Shown here piece after piece: positions 30,220 through 39,191 of a stretch of DNA of 64,000 nucleotides; positions within the stretch are counted from its first letter, which is position 1; each line of letters begins with the position of its first letter. The DNA is from Rickettsiales bacterium (GTDB lineage Bacteria > Pseudomonadota > Alphaproteobacteria > Methylaequorales > Methylaequoraceae). The position numbers and the translations under genes are program-made. The stretch lies in NCBI GenBank assembly GCA_002689325.1, contig NZFP01000015.1, forward strand, positions 17,967 through 81,966, written 5' to 3'. Under the pieces are notes generated by a model. The model was not told the DNA's origin, searched no databases, and saw nothing but the letters and a program-made list of their open reading frames with translations.

Positions 30220-30468
30220 ATGTTAAAGCTTATTATTATTTTTCTTCTTGTTTTCTCATACCACTACAAATCTTTTTCGGACGAAATAGTACAAGATAGA
30301 AATGGGAATTACTTTCTGATGAAAAGTGATGGTACTTTTGAAAAACTACCTAAACCAAAACAGGGTAATAAATACATAATTAAAAAAAAAAAAGTTACCA
30401 AGAAAAAAAGAATTTTTACTCAGCCTGAAAAAAAAGCTAGAAGTAGGACCAATACTGGATTTAGATAA
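30220..30468 (+). CDS. Hypothetical secreted protein with a Lys/Arg-rich tail
   Basis: 82 aa with a hydrophobic N-terminal signal-like segment and a basic C-terminus. I recognise no family. Confidence 0.45.
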   Translation: MLKLIIIFLLVFSYHYKSFSDEIVQDRNGNYFLMKSDGTFEKLPKPKQGNKYIIKKKKVTKKKRIFTQPEKKARSRTNTGFR

Positions 30469-30686
30469 TGAATAAAGAAAATACAAGGCTCGTTTGGAAA
30501 ATTATTCAAACACATGGTGACTTGTTAAAAGATAAACTTGAGCATCATCCTTTTCATCCTCAAGGAAGAAACCCGTATGCTCATATTTGCGTATTAATAA
30601 AGGATAATTTTCAAGAATCTTATAAAGATATATCGGATGAAAAATTAGATGAGCTTATTGGTTTTATAAAAAATATCAAAGAGTAA
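30468..30686 (+). CDS. Hypothetical protein (72 aa)
   Basis: The ORF is coupled to the upstream gene by a TAATG overlap. I recognise no family. Confidence 0.4.
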   Translation: MNKENTRLVWKIIQTHGDLLKDKLEHHPFHPQGRNPYAHICVLIKDNFQESYKDISDEKLDELIGFIKNIKE

Positions 30687-30761
30687 TTGAACGGGAAGGT
30701 CACTTATTGTATAAGGGAGGAAATATTATGCTGTTCAACCTTCCCTAGTGTTCAATTTTTT
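30687..30761 (+). terminator. Multi-stem terminator-like RNA element ending in U6, enclosing a strong SD and a 6-codon mini-ORF
   Basis: TTGAAC (30687-92) pairs with GTTCAA (30749-54). GGGAAGG (30693-99) pairs with CCTTCCC (30739-45). An inner hairpin is CTTAT-TGT-ATAAG. A T6 run lies at 30756-61. Inside are GGGAGG (30715-20) and ATG at 30728 (MLFNLP*). Confidence 0.5.
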
Positions 30762-30786
30762 GACATTTATCAAAAACATTGATAAT
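30760..30786 (+). promoter_or_regulatory. Candidate sigma70-type promoter with an embedded 7-5-7 inverted repeat
   Basis: TTGACA (30760-65), 15 nt spacer, GATAAT (30781-86). TTATCAA (30767-73) and TTGATAA (30779-85) form an inverted repeat between the hexamers. It lies ~95 nt upstream of the DUF2721 ATG. Confidence 0.3.
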
Positions 30787-30881
30787 TAAGCAAGTATTAT
30801 ACCAATACTAATTATTTGAAGAATATATACTTTTCACTGTTCAAAATTTAATTAAAATAAATTAGGTTACTTAATTTTTAA

Positions 30882-31307
30882 ATGCACAATTTTCAATTAA
30901 CATATGCTGCTTTCCTATTTCCAGCGATACCTCTTATGATGATTTCTTTTGGTAACAGATATACTTCATTGAGTAAATTAATTCGGAAAATTCATGATGA
31001 ATTTATCAATAAAAAAATTTCACCTAATGATAAGTCTGCTTCAAGGTATTTTGCACAAATCCAAATACTCAATAAAAGACTTCGATATGTTAAATTAATG
31101 CAATTTTTTTCTGGAATTTCTTTTTTTTTAAATTTAATGACTATTTTAGTCGGCATTTATTTTTTAGATATTTCATTAATAATATTCATAACAGCCCTTT
31201 TTTTCTTTGCATTAGCAATTTGTGTATTTCTGATTGAAATCAACATTAGTACAAAGGCATTAAGAACTCATTTAGAGGATCTTGAAGATTTAGAAGAAAA
31301 TTATTAG
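30882..31307 (+). CDS. DUF2721-like membrane protein
   Basis: 141 aa with an N-terminal TM then NRY...L..R.R, a middle amphipathic part and two C-terminal TM segments. Family call from memory. Confidence 0.5.
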   Translation: MHNFQLTYAAFLFPAIPLMMISFGNRYTSLSKLIRKIHDEFINKKISPNDKSASRYFAQIQILNKRLRYVKLMQFFSGISFFLNLMTILVGIYFLDISLIIFITALFFFALAICVFLIEINISTKALRTHLEDLEDLEENY

Positions 31308-31310
31308 TTT

Positions 31311-32636
31311 ATGTTTGTTTCATTAAATGAGCTCAATCGCCATCCCAAGGGATTAGGTGTTTTATTTTTTACTGAACTCTGGGAGCGTTTTAGTTACTAC
31401 GGAATGAGGGCAATACTTGTTCTTTATTTAATTTCTGACTTTAATGATAGAAATCCAGGATTGGGTTGGTCTAATAAAGACGCAATAACGCTTTATGGTT
31501 GGTACACTGCACTTGTTTATTTGGCATGTATACCCGGAGGTATAATTGGAGATAAATATATAACAAGTAAAAACTCAGTTTTGTATGGAGGTTTTTTATT
31601 ATGTGCTGGGCATTTTACATTAGCTTTTCAAAACGAATTATTCTTTTTTACTGGACTAATCTTAATCATACTTGGCGTTGGACTTTTAAAACCAAATATT
31701 TCAACCCTAGTTGGACATCTTTATAAAATAAACGATTTTAAGAGAGACCAAGGCTTTACTATTTTTTATATAGGAATAAATGTTGGTGCTTTTTTAGCAA
31801 GTATTTTAGTGGGTTATGTAGGAGAAGTTTTTGGGTGGCACTATGGTTTTTCTTTGGCTGGCTTTGGTATGCTTCTAGGACAAATTTCCTTTATAATTGG
31901 AAAAAAAAATATAATTGAAGTTTCTAAAAAAAATTCTCCAAAACATACTTCTCGTCTTAAAACTAAAAAATACAAGTTTTCTTCAATTGAATTAGATAGA
32001 GTAAAACTTATTTTGATATCATCTTTAATTTTAGTAATCTTCTGGGCTTCATTTGAACAGGCAGGAGGACTACTTAATATATTTGCTTATGAAAAAACAA
32101 ATAGATATATTTCTCTTTTTAACATTGAAATCCCAGCTAGTTGGTTTCAATCAATTAATCCACTTTTGATTATAGTTTTGGGATACAGCGTTTCTGTATT
32201 TTGGATGTATTTAAAAAAAAAAAATATGCTAGCTACATCTATTTTTAAAATATCAGTTGGAATAATTATAATGGGATTAGGGTTCATTTTTATGATTTTT
32301 GCCTCTATTGAGTCAGAAATTTACGAAAAGTCTTCAATGTATTGGCTTATTTTGGCGTATTTATTTTTTACTATTGGTGAGTTATGTGCCTCACCTGTAA
32401 TTTTATCATATATTACCAAACTATCACCTAAAGAACTTACAGCCAGTATCATGGGTATTTATTTCGCAACAATTGGTCTGGGAAATAAACTTGCTGGTGT
32501 CATAGGACAGTATTCTCAAGCTTTGGGTGAAAAGGTAATATTCATAGCTATTACTGTAATCTGTGTTTTTGTCGGTGGTTTTGTTATAATGATGCATAAA
32601 AGATTAATTAAGCTCTCGCATGGTGTTGATGATTAA
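31311..32636 (+). CDS. Proton-dependent oligopeptide transporter (POT/PTR2 family, DtpT-like)
   Basis: PTR2 signature FFTELWERFSYYGMRAIL and a multi-TM MFS architecture. Confidence 0.88.
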   Translation: MFVSLNELNRHPKGLGVLFFTELWERFSYYGMRAILVLYLISDFNDRNPGLGWSNKDAITLYGWYTALVYLACIPGGIIGDKYITSKNSVLYGGFLLCAGHFTLAFQNELFFFTGLILIILGVGLLKPNISTLVGHLYKINDFKRDQGFTIFYIGINVGAFLASILVGYVGEVFGWHYGFSLAGFGMLLGQISFIIGKKNIIEVSKKNSPKHTSRLKTKKYKFSSIELDRVKLILISSLILVIFWASFEQAGGLLNIFAYEKTNRYISLFNIEIPASWFQSINPLLIIVLGYSVSVFWMYLKKKNMLATSIFKISVGIIIMGLGFIFMIFASIESEIYEKSSMYWLILAYLFFTIGELCASPVILSYITKLSPKELTASIMGIYFATIGLGNKLAGVIGQYSQALGEKVIFIAITVICVFVGGFVIMMHKRLIKLSHGVDD

Positions 32637-32648
32637 TCATTTTATTGA

Positions 32649-32725
32649 GCGCCCGTAGCTCAACTGGATAGAGCATTTGATTTCGGCTCAAAAGGTTAAG
32701 GGTTCGAATCCTTTCGGGCGCACCA
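32649..32725 (+). tRNA. tRNA-Arg (anticodon UCG), CCA encoded
   Basis: Cloverleaf with acceptor GCGCCCG/CGGGCGC, D arm GCTC/GAGC, anticodon stem TTTGA/TCAAA with loop TTTCGGC, T arm AAGGG-TTCGAAT-CCTTT and a 3' ACCA. Confidence 0.85.
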
Positions 32726-32802
32726 GAACTATGTTAAAAATAAAAGGGGAGGGTAATTTTTGAAATGTTATATTTAAAATAATTAAAAAAATAAGTATTT
32801 CT

Positions 32803-33012
32803 GTGAAACTAGTTTTTAAAAGTAACAATTTAGTTGAAATAAGTTGGGTAAAATATGTTTTAGATTCCAATGATATAGAATTTTTTGTTTTAGATGAACT
32901 AATGTCAATCAATGAAGGAAATATCTCAGCTATTCCAATTAGAATTCTAGTCAAAGATAACTTTGTAAATAAAGCAAAAAAACTTTTAAATGATGAATTA
33001 AAAAAACTTTGA
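32803..33012 (+). CDS. DUF2007-like small protein
   Basis: 69 aa with the pattern (short N-terminus, ...LDSNDIEFFVLDE..., ...ILV...F..A..LL) of the DUF2007 family. GTG start. Confidence 0.5.
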   Translation: MKLVFKSNNLVEISWVKYVLDSNDIEFFVLDELMSINEGNISAIPIRILVKDNFVNKAKKLLNDELKKL

Positions 33013-33014
33013 CT

Positions 33015-33731
33015 TTAAAACTTAATAATTTCTATTCCATTCTTTTTTAACCAATTTTTATTTTCCACATACTCATTATCGTGTTTTTTTACTAATGACC
33101 AAAATGACTTCGAATGATTTGGTTCAATAATATGACAAAGCTCATGCACTATTACATAATCAATTACTTTTTTGGGAAGCATTACTAATTTCCAATTCAA
33201 ACAAATTTCAGACCTACTATTACAAGCACCCCACATCGCTCTGTAACCCCTCAAACTAAGGCTTTTAAAACTTATTTTTATTTTTGAAGATATAAACTGA
33301 ACTCTAGCAACTAAATACTTTTTTGCTTCTAATTTTAACCACTCTACTAAATTTTTTTTTGCACGCTCAGATTCTGTACAGTGAATTAAAATACTATTAT
33401 TTTTGAGTAATACTTTATTTTCTTTTGATTCCAATGTTAAAAGAGTGAAGTTTCTCCCTAGAAAAGGAAAAATACTTTTGTTTTTTACTAGTATTTTCAC
33501 TCTCTCTTTTTCTGCATTGATTTTCTTTTTAATCCATAATTGTTTTTTTTTTATTATTAATCTTAGATAACTGTCTTTAATGTAGGCTGGACAATAAATT
33601 GTGGGGACACCATTTTTTATCTGTAAAGATATAGTCCTTAACCTTTTAGTTGATCTTATAATTTTTACATTGTCTATTACCACACTTCTAGACGATGAAA
33701 TGCCGAAGATTTTTTTTAGGCTAATCTTCAT
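33015..33731 (-). CDS. M48-family/YgjP-like metal-dependent hydrolase (DUF45)
   Basis: C-terminal HELCHI (HExxH) followed by NHS..FW. Confidence 0.75.
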   Translation of the reverse strand: MKISLKKIFGISSSRSVVIDNVKIIRSTKRLRTISLQIKNGVPTIYCPAYIKDSYLRLIIKKKQLWIKKKINAEKERVKILVKNKSIFPFLGRNFTLLTLESKENKVLLKNNSILIHCTESERAKKNLVEWLKLEAKKYLVARVQFISSKIKISFKSLSLRGYRAMWGACNSRSEICLNWKLVMLPKKVIDYVIVHELCHIIEPNHSKSFWSLVKKHDNEYVENKNWLKKNGIEIIKF

Positions 33732-35331
33732 TTAAGTTAAGTTTTTTAAATGTTTTAGGTAAATAATCACTAAAATATTTCTCAAGTATAGGAAAATTTT
33801 CAGCTAACAGTTTAAAACTTTTTGCTTCAATTTTTAAAACTAGGGAATCCTTTTTTGCAGTTATCGTACCTGTTCTTCTCCCACCCTCTAATATAACTCT
33901 TGATCCAAAATGAGATCCCTTTTTGTAATTTTTTTTAAAAGCTTTTCCCGTCTTTGTTTTTTTATAAATATTTTCAAATTCACCCCTTTTTAGAATATAA
34001 AAACCATCTGCCACCATTCCTTCTTCAAACACAACGTCTCCCTTTTTAAATATTTTATAAGAAACAGGACTACTTTGAAAATTATGAGTTAAAACTGCAT
34101 TTCTTGGAATAAAAAACTCAAGAATCCAACTCAATAAAACTCTTATTTTCGTTGGAAAAGAGGGCAGAAAAGACAAATAAAAAACTCTCCATATAATCCA
34201 TGCTAGTAAACCCTTTACATTAAAAAAATAAATTTTTCCCACTCCTTTCTTTGAACCTAAAGAAGCCAACGAACCCTTAGATTTATATCTAAATTCTCTG
34301 AGATTCTTTTTCATGTTTTTTAAAATTATGTTTTTGGCTAACAGTTTTGCTTGTCTAACTGCAAACTGAGCAGTTGGAGGAGAATAGGGATAATCATTTA
34401 TATCTAATTTGTTGGGGATCAGCGCTGAATCCCCAATCGCCCAAACATTCTCAAGATGTAAAACTTGTAAAAACTCATTCGTAATAATTTTACCATTTTT
34501 TAAAGGTAAACCCGATTGCTTTATAATTTTTGATACAGTTGAACCAATTGTAGAAATAATTGTATTAGTCTCAATAGATCTAGCATTACTTAGAAAAACT
34601 TTGTAAATTGATACCTCTTTAAGTGCTGTTTTGAGGTGAATATTTATTTTCCTTTTTTTAAATACTGATAATGTATATTCACTAATTTCATCTGATAGTT
34701 CTGGTAAAAGTTTGTCAGAAAACTCTACAATGTGAAACTTTAATTCATTTTCAGATATATTCTTATAATACGAAAGCAACCTACCTGACATCTCCTTCAG
34801 CTCTCCTATCGTTTCTACACCTGAAAATCCTCCTCCAACAACAACAATATTTAACAGTCTTTTTTTCAATTTTTTATCTAGGGTCACATCAGCTAGTTCA
34901 AAACATCCTATTAAATGATTTCTTATATTATATGCATCTTCAAGGGTTCTCATTGTAAAAGAATGATGTTCTAATCCTGGTATAGTTGATTGATTACTTT
35001 CCTGGCCTAATGCAATGACTAAATGATCATAATCAATATTATGAAGACGTTTTCTGAAGCCTTGAGCTAATACTACATTTTTTTTTTTTAAATTAATGTC
35101 TATTATTTCAGCTTTTCTAAATTTTATTTTTGGCAACATTTGCCTTATAGGAGTCACTGCATCAGCTGCTGAAATGGTTCCTGATGCAACCTCTGGTAAT
35201 AGTGGCTGAAAAATAAAGTAGTTATTATTACTTACAAGTTCTACATCAAATACTTTTTTATTGATCTTTTCTAATTGTCTTGCGCAAAAAACGCCTCCAA
35301 ACCCTCCCCCGAGAATTAGGATTTTTTTCAT
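33721..35331 (-). CDS. ndh: Type II NADH dehydrogenase (NDH-2) fused to a C-terminal cyclic-nucleotide-binding domain
   Basis: Two Rossmann motifs (LGGGFGG, VGGGFSG) and GD at IGDSA. A hydrophobic segment (LLAWIIWRVFYLSFLP) is followed by a ~125 aa CAP_ED-like domain (FKKGDVVFEEGMVADGFYILKRGE...GSHFGSRVILEGGRRTGTITA). Confidence 0.8.
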   Translation of the reverse strand: MKKILILGGGFGGVFCARQLEKINKKVFDVELVSNNNYFIFQPLLPEVASGTISAADAVTPIRQMLPKIKFRKAEIIDINLKKKNVVLAQGFRKRLHNIDYDHLVIALGQESNQSTIPGLEHHSFTMRTLEDAYNIRNHLIGCFELADVTLDKKLKKRLLNIVVVGGGFSGVETIGELKEMSGRLLSYYKNISENELKFHIVEFSDKLLPELSDEISEYTLSVFKKRKINIHLKTALKEVSIYKVFLSNARSIETNTIISTIGSTVSKIIKQSGLPLKNGKIITNEFLQVLHLENVWAIGDSALIPNKLDINDYPYSPPTAQFAVRQAKLLAKNIILKNMKKNLREFRYKSKGSLASLGSKKGVGKIYFFNVKGLLAWIIWRVFYLSFLPSFPTKIRVLLSWILEFFIPRNAVLTHNFQSSPVSYKIFKKGDVVFEEGMVADGFYILKRGEFENIYKKTKTGKAFKKNYKKGSHFGSRVILEGGRRTGTITAKKDSLVLKIEAKSFKLLAENFPILEKYFSDYLPKTFKKLNLNED

Positions 35332-35338
35332 TATTCAA

Positions 35339-35917
35339 TTACTTTCCAACATATTTTATATTAAATGATTTACCTATGGATTCAACTAAACTTAACGACC
35401 CATAGTCGATTTTTTCCCAGTATTTTTTTAGCAATTTATCAAAGGGATGACCAGTTAGAATTGACATCATCCCATTAATGGAACCTGCGTGTGAAACAAT
35501 CAAAACATCTTGATCCTGTTTCTTTATTTCATCCAAAAATATTTTAAGTCTTTTTAGAAAATCCTGGTTGCTCTCACCATTAGGAATTTTAAATGTCATT
35601 AAATTATCCTCCCATTCCTTAACCAACTTTCTTGAAATTTGATTTTTAGGTTTCATTTCCCAATCTCCAAGATCAAGTTCTTTTAGATTTTCATCAAAAA
35701 AAACATCCTGCGACAAGCCATTTGCTAACTTGACACATCTTTTTAAAGTGCTTGAGAAAATTTTAGTTTTATTCAAGTTTCTTATCTCTTTGTTTAACTT
35801 AGTTTTTATATTTTTAAGCTCTTTGTCAAAGTTTTTTGAAACATCTATATCTGTTTGACCATAAAAAATATCTTTTTCAATATTAAGTGAAGTATGTCTT
35901 AAAAAAAAAAAATTCAT
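35339..35917 (-). CDS. Histidine phosphatase family protein (PGM/CobC-like)
   Basis: N-terminal LRHTS (RHG-type motif) and a C-terminal SHAG motif. Confidence 0.75.
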   Translation of the reverse strand: MNFFFLRHTSLNIEKDIFYGQTDIDVSKNFDKELKNIKTKLNKEIRNLNKTKIFSSTLKRCVKLANGLSQDVFFDENLKELDLGDWEMKPKNQISRKLVKEWEDNLMTFKIPNGESNQDFLKRLKIFLDEIKKQDQDVLIVSHAGSINGMMSILTGHPFDKLLKKYWEKIDYGSLSLVESIGKSFNIKYVGK

Positions 35918-36198
35918 AAATATTTTATTTCAAAGCTTTTGTATTCTAAAAATGGTAACTTTTTCAGTTGCAGAGTCTTTACCTTTGAAAAAGTAGGACC
36001 TAGATAGCATTCCTTTAAAAATTTATCAATATTATTTTTTTTTCCTGATACTACAAACTCTACAGATTTATCACTGCAATTTATAACCCAACCACTTAAT
36101 TTATACTTACAAGCAGTTTTTTGGGTCCAAGCTCTATAGCCGACTCCTTGAACTCGACCAATAACTTTTCCAAACATATTACAATTCTCATTTTTCAT
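35914..36198 (-). CDS. acyP: Acylphosphatase
   Basis: GRVQGVGYR signature and GWV.N. The true start may be the Met at 36177. Confidence 0.85.
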   Translation of the reverse strand: MKNENCNMFGKVIGRVQGVGYRAWTQKTACKYKLSGWVINCSDKSVEFVVSGKKNNIDKFLKECYLGPTFSKVKTLQLKKLPFLEYKSFEIKYL

Positions 36199-36583
36199 CT
36201 AGGTCTCTATATTCGGCCTCAATAATATTCTCGTCTTTATTTTTCCTAGAATTATTATTTGTATTAAAACCTTTTTTAATAACCAAATTTTTCCAAACAT
36301 AACCTCTTAAAGGTTTCACTAACATTATAATTCCAAGTAAGTCGGTCACAAAACCAGGTATTATCAATAAAACACCGGCTATTTTTTTGAACAACCATTC
36401 GTTAGGTTCACTTACTAATTTTTCTATTTGTCTAAGATTTAACTCTGACCTAATTAAAAATAATCCAACAAAACCAGTAAGTAAAATTAAGAAAATTACA
36501 ACCCAAAACCCTAAAAAATCTCCTAGTAAGACAAAACTTAAGATTTCCAAAATAGGAATTAGTAAAACAAATTTATAGTTCAT
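36188..36583 (-). CDS. fxsA: FxsA family membrane protein
   Basis: 131 aa with N-terminal TM pairs and a PGFVTDLLGI..L..P.R motif. Confidence 0.78.
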   Translation of the reverse strand: MNYKFVLLIPILEILSFVLLGDFLGFWVVIFLILLTGFVGLFLIRSELNLRQIEKLVSEPNEWLFKKIAGVLLIIPGFVTDLLGIIMLVKPLRGYVWKNLVIKKGFNTNNNSRKNKDENIIEAEYRDLDEK

Positions 36584-36635
36584 TTCTAAATTATATTTGA
36601 AATATTAGCTTCATAATATTAAATTAATAAATCTT

Positions 36636-37034
36636 ATGCTAGATTACTTATTTATTTTAGTAAAATTTTTTATACCGTTTCTCTTGGGCGGTCTCTTTTT
36701 TTTTGCAGCTCTTGTCGCCCCCAACGTATTCAAAAGTTTAGATGAAAAAAACTCAAGGCTTTTTTTAAGAGGTATTTTCCCAAAACTTTACCTTTATTCA
36801 GGAATTCTCAGCCTTTTGATTTCATTGAATCTTTTTTTTATTAATAATTTTCTATCGTTCATGTTTTTTATAATAACCCTTGGTTATTTTTATTCTAGAC
36901 AATATTTAATGATTAGAATAAACAAAGCATCTGACCAAAAAAATCAAAAAGAATTTAAGAAACTACATAGATTTAGTGTTTTAATCTTTATTACTCAAAT
37001 CTTACTTATGATTTTAATTTTTTTAGTCCTTTAG
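36636..37034 (+). CDS. DUF4149-like four-TM membrane protein
   Basis: 132 aa with four hydrophobic segments and a ..VAPNVFK.L...... start resembling the DUF4149/TMEM205 family. Confidence 0.5.
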   Translation: MLDYLFILVKFFIPFLLGGLFFFAALVAPNVFKSLDEKNSRLFLRGIFPKLYLYSGILSLLISLNLFFINNFLSFMFFIITLGYFYSRQYLMIRINKASDQKNQKEFKKLHRFSVLIFITQILLMILIFLVL

Positions 37035-37786
37035 TTCTTTGAAATCATTTTTAGCAGTTCAAAAGATACATAACTATGATTATAAGTTTCTCCAGAAATT
37101 ACATCAAAGGGTTTATTGGGTTCTCCCAAATTGGATATTACGAGTTTTGCATCTTTAAAATTTTCACCAAAGGTCAGTTTTGATGGTGTAATAATTGTTT
37201 TAACTCTGGCATTGTTAGATGACTCTAATCCACGAGGTGAATCTTCAATAGCAAGACATGCCTCTGGAGGAAGCTGAAGTTTTTGTAATGTCCACTCATA
37301 AATTTCAGGTGAAGGTTTCTTTATTTTTGTACAATCACCATGAGCAACCAAATCAAACATTTCATATGGATCAATTTTAAATCCCTTTGTAAACAAATTT
37401 AATAAGTTTATCTCTGATGTAGAGGACACAAGAGCAATGCTAATATTATTGTTTTTTAATTCATCAATTAATCTAAAAACTCCAGGCCTTGGCGTTATTT
37501 GCGAATCATTGATGTAATCCTCATAAATTTCATTTTTTATTTTATGAATTGAGTCAACGTAGTTAGATAAATTTTTATATTCCAACATTTCAGGCCAAGC
37601 CTTCTTCAAGTGAAACATTATTCTCTCTTTTCCCCCACCAATATTTATTAATTCTTTATAGATAGCCTCATCCCAAAACCAATCTAAACTGAACTCCTTA
37701 AATGATTCATTAAATGATTTTCTGTGGAATTCTTCAGTTTCAGCAATTGTTCCATCTACATCAAAAAATACAGCACTAAGTTCCAT
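37031..37786 (-). CDS. HAD-superfamily hydrolase (CbbY-like)
   Basis: FDVDGTIAETE motif I, SSTS motif II and EDSPRG motif IV. Confidence 0.8.
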   Translation of the reverse strand: MELSAVFFDVDGTIAETEEFHRKSFNESFKEFSLDWFWDEAIYKELINIGGGKERIMFHLKKAWPEMLEYKNLSNYVDSIHKIKNEIYEDYINDSQITPRPGVFRLIDELKNNNISIALVSSTSEINLLNLFTKGFKIDPYEMFDLVAHGDCTKIKKPSPEIYEWTLQKLQLPPEACLAIEDSPRGLESSNNARVKTIITPSKLTFGENFKDAKLVISNLGEPNKPFDVISGETYNHSYVSFELLKMISKN

Positions 37787-39191
37787 TTTTAATTCTTTCT
37801 ATTATTTTAGATGTTGATTTACCCTTAACACATTTAATCAAAACAACTTTACCTCCCCACTTCTCAACTTCTTTTGCACCCACTACTTGCGATATTTTAT
37901 AATCATCACCTTTAAAAAGAAATTGTGGCCTTATTTTTTTTATAATATTTAGAGGAGTTTTTTCATCAAAAATTATAATTCTGTCAATAAAATCATAATG
38001 TGCCAAAATTTCTGATCTTTCCCTCTGACCAATTATAGGTCTGGATAATCCTTTTATTTCTTTTACAGAAGAATCACTGTTTAAAGCTAATATAAAAAAA
38101 TCACATTTTTCACTCGACTTTTTAAGATAATCTATATGACCTTGATGAATCAGATCAAAACAACCATTAGTAAAACCGATTCTTTTGTATTTATTTATCC
38201 TAATCTGTTTGATCAATTCGCTTAATCGACAAATTTTTAGATTTATATTATTTCTATTTTCTATCTCCTCTCTTGAAACTGTTGTGGTCCCAAACCTTCC
38301 AACTGCTATACCTGCAGCCTCGTTTGCTTGCTTAACGCACTCAATTAAACTTAAGTTTCTGACAATACCTGATGCTATATATGACACCACAGTGTCACCT
38401 GCTCCAGATACATCAAAGACTTCTTTAGCTCTTGATGGTAGATGAAGTGTTTTATGACTTTTATCTACTAATGTAATACCATCTGAACTACGCGTAGTAA
38501 TAACTGTGTCAAAGCTATGTAATTTGATAATTTTTTTTGATAACTTTTCTACAGAATTGTCACTTGCATTAAGGTCTGGTTCAATAGCCTCAAATAATTC
38601 TTTTTGATTTGGTGTAATTATATGTGCATTTGCGTATATACTAAAATCTTTATCTTTAGGATCGATAATCACAGTCTTTTTTTTGGCTCTACATGTACGA
38701 ATTATTTTTTTTAATAAGCTTTTAGTAAGCATTCCCTTTTTGTAATCAGAAATTATAACAACATTAACATATTTTAATTTTTTTAAAAAAAGCTCGAAAA
38801 TATCTTCCTCAATCTTATTACAAATATATTCCTTAGATTCATTGTCTACTCTCAAAATTTGTTGATTTCCAGAAACAAATCTTTGCTTATTTGTCGTACG
38901 TCTAGTTTTATCTACAATTAGGTCAAATGTGAGATTTTGAGTTTTTTTACACAATTCTCTCAATATTTTTGCACTATCATCATTTCCTATTACGGAAATT
39001 AAATGACATTTATTTCCTGCTGCTGCAATATTTCTTGCCACATTTCCACTTCCACCCAAATCTTTTTTTTTGTTACTTTCTACCTTAAGAACAGGAATTG
39101 GTGCCTCTGGTGAAATTCTTTCAACTAACCCTTCACAATAAGTATCTAAGATTATATCTCCTAGACAAAGAATTTGATCAGAATCAGACAT
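37776..39191 (-). CDS. hldE: Bifunctional D-beta-D-heptose 7-phosphate kinase / heptose 1-phosphate adenylyltransferase
   Basis: Ribokinase-like N-terminal domain (DVSGAGDT) plus a cytidylyltransferase C-terminal domain ([14 protein letters not shown]). Confidence 0.9.
   Translation of the reverse strand: MSDSDQILCLGDIILDTYCEGLVERISPEAPIPVLKVESNKKKDLGGSGNVARNIAAAGNKCHLISVIGNDDSAKILRELCKKTQNLTFDLIVDKTRRTTNKQRFVSGNQQILRVDNESKEYICNKIEEDIFELFLKKLKYVNVVIISDYKKGMLTKSLLKKIIRTCRAKKKTVIIDPKDKDFSIYANAHIITPNQKELFEAIEPDLNASDNSVEKLSKKIIKLHSFDTVITTRSSDGITLVDKSHKTLHLPSRAKEVFDVSGAGDTVVSYIASGIVRNLSLIECVKQANEAAGIAVGRFGTTTVSREEIENRNNINLKICRLSELIKQIRINKYKRIGFTNGCFDLIHQGHIDYLKKSSEKCDFFILALNSDSSVKEIKGLSRPIIGQRERSEILAHYDFIDRIIIFDEKTPLNIIKKIRPQFLFKGDDYKISQVVGAKEVEKWGGKVVLIKCVKGKSTSKIIERIKNGT

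Noticed and set aside
32726-32802. G-rich AAAGGGGAGGG motif and tiny ORFs (MLKIKGEGNF, MLYLK) just after tRNA-Arg
   Set aside because: There is no pairing partner for a structure, no conserved peptide features, and it is too short to evaluate. It is probably just tRNA-trailer/spacer sequence.
32688-32954. 88-aa minus-strand ORF downstream of the POT gene
   Set aside because: It overlaps tRNA-Arg and lies antisense to the DUF2007-like gene. Part of its translation is simply the reverse complement of the tRNA.
32649-33731. tRNA-Arg and tRNA-Ala as possible genomic-island integration sites
   Set aside because: There is no integrase, no direct repeat of the tRNA 3' end, and no phage or transposon genes on either side. 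The flanking genes are ordinary conserved alphaproteobacterial genes.
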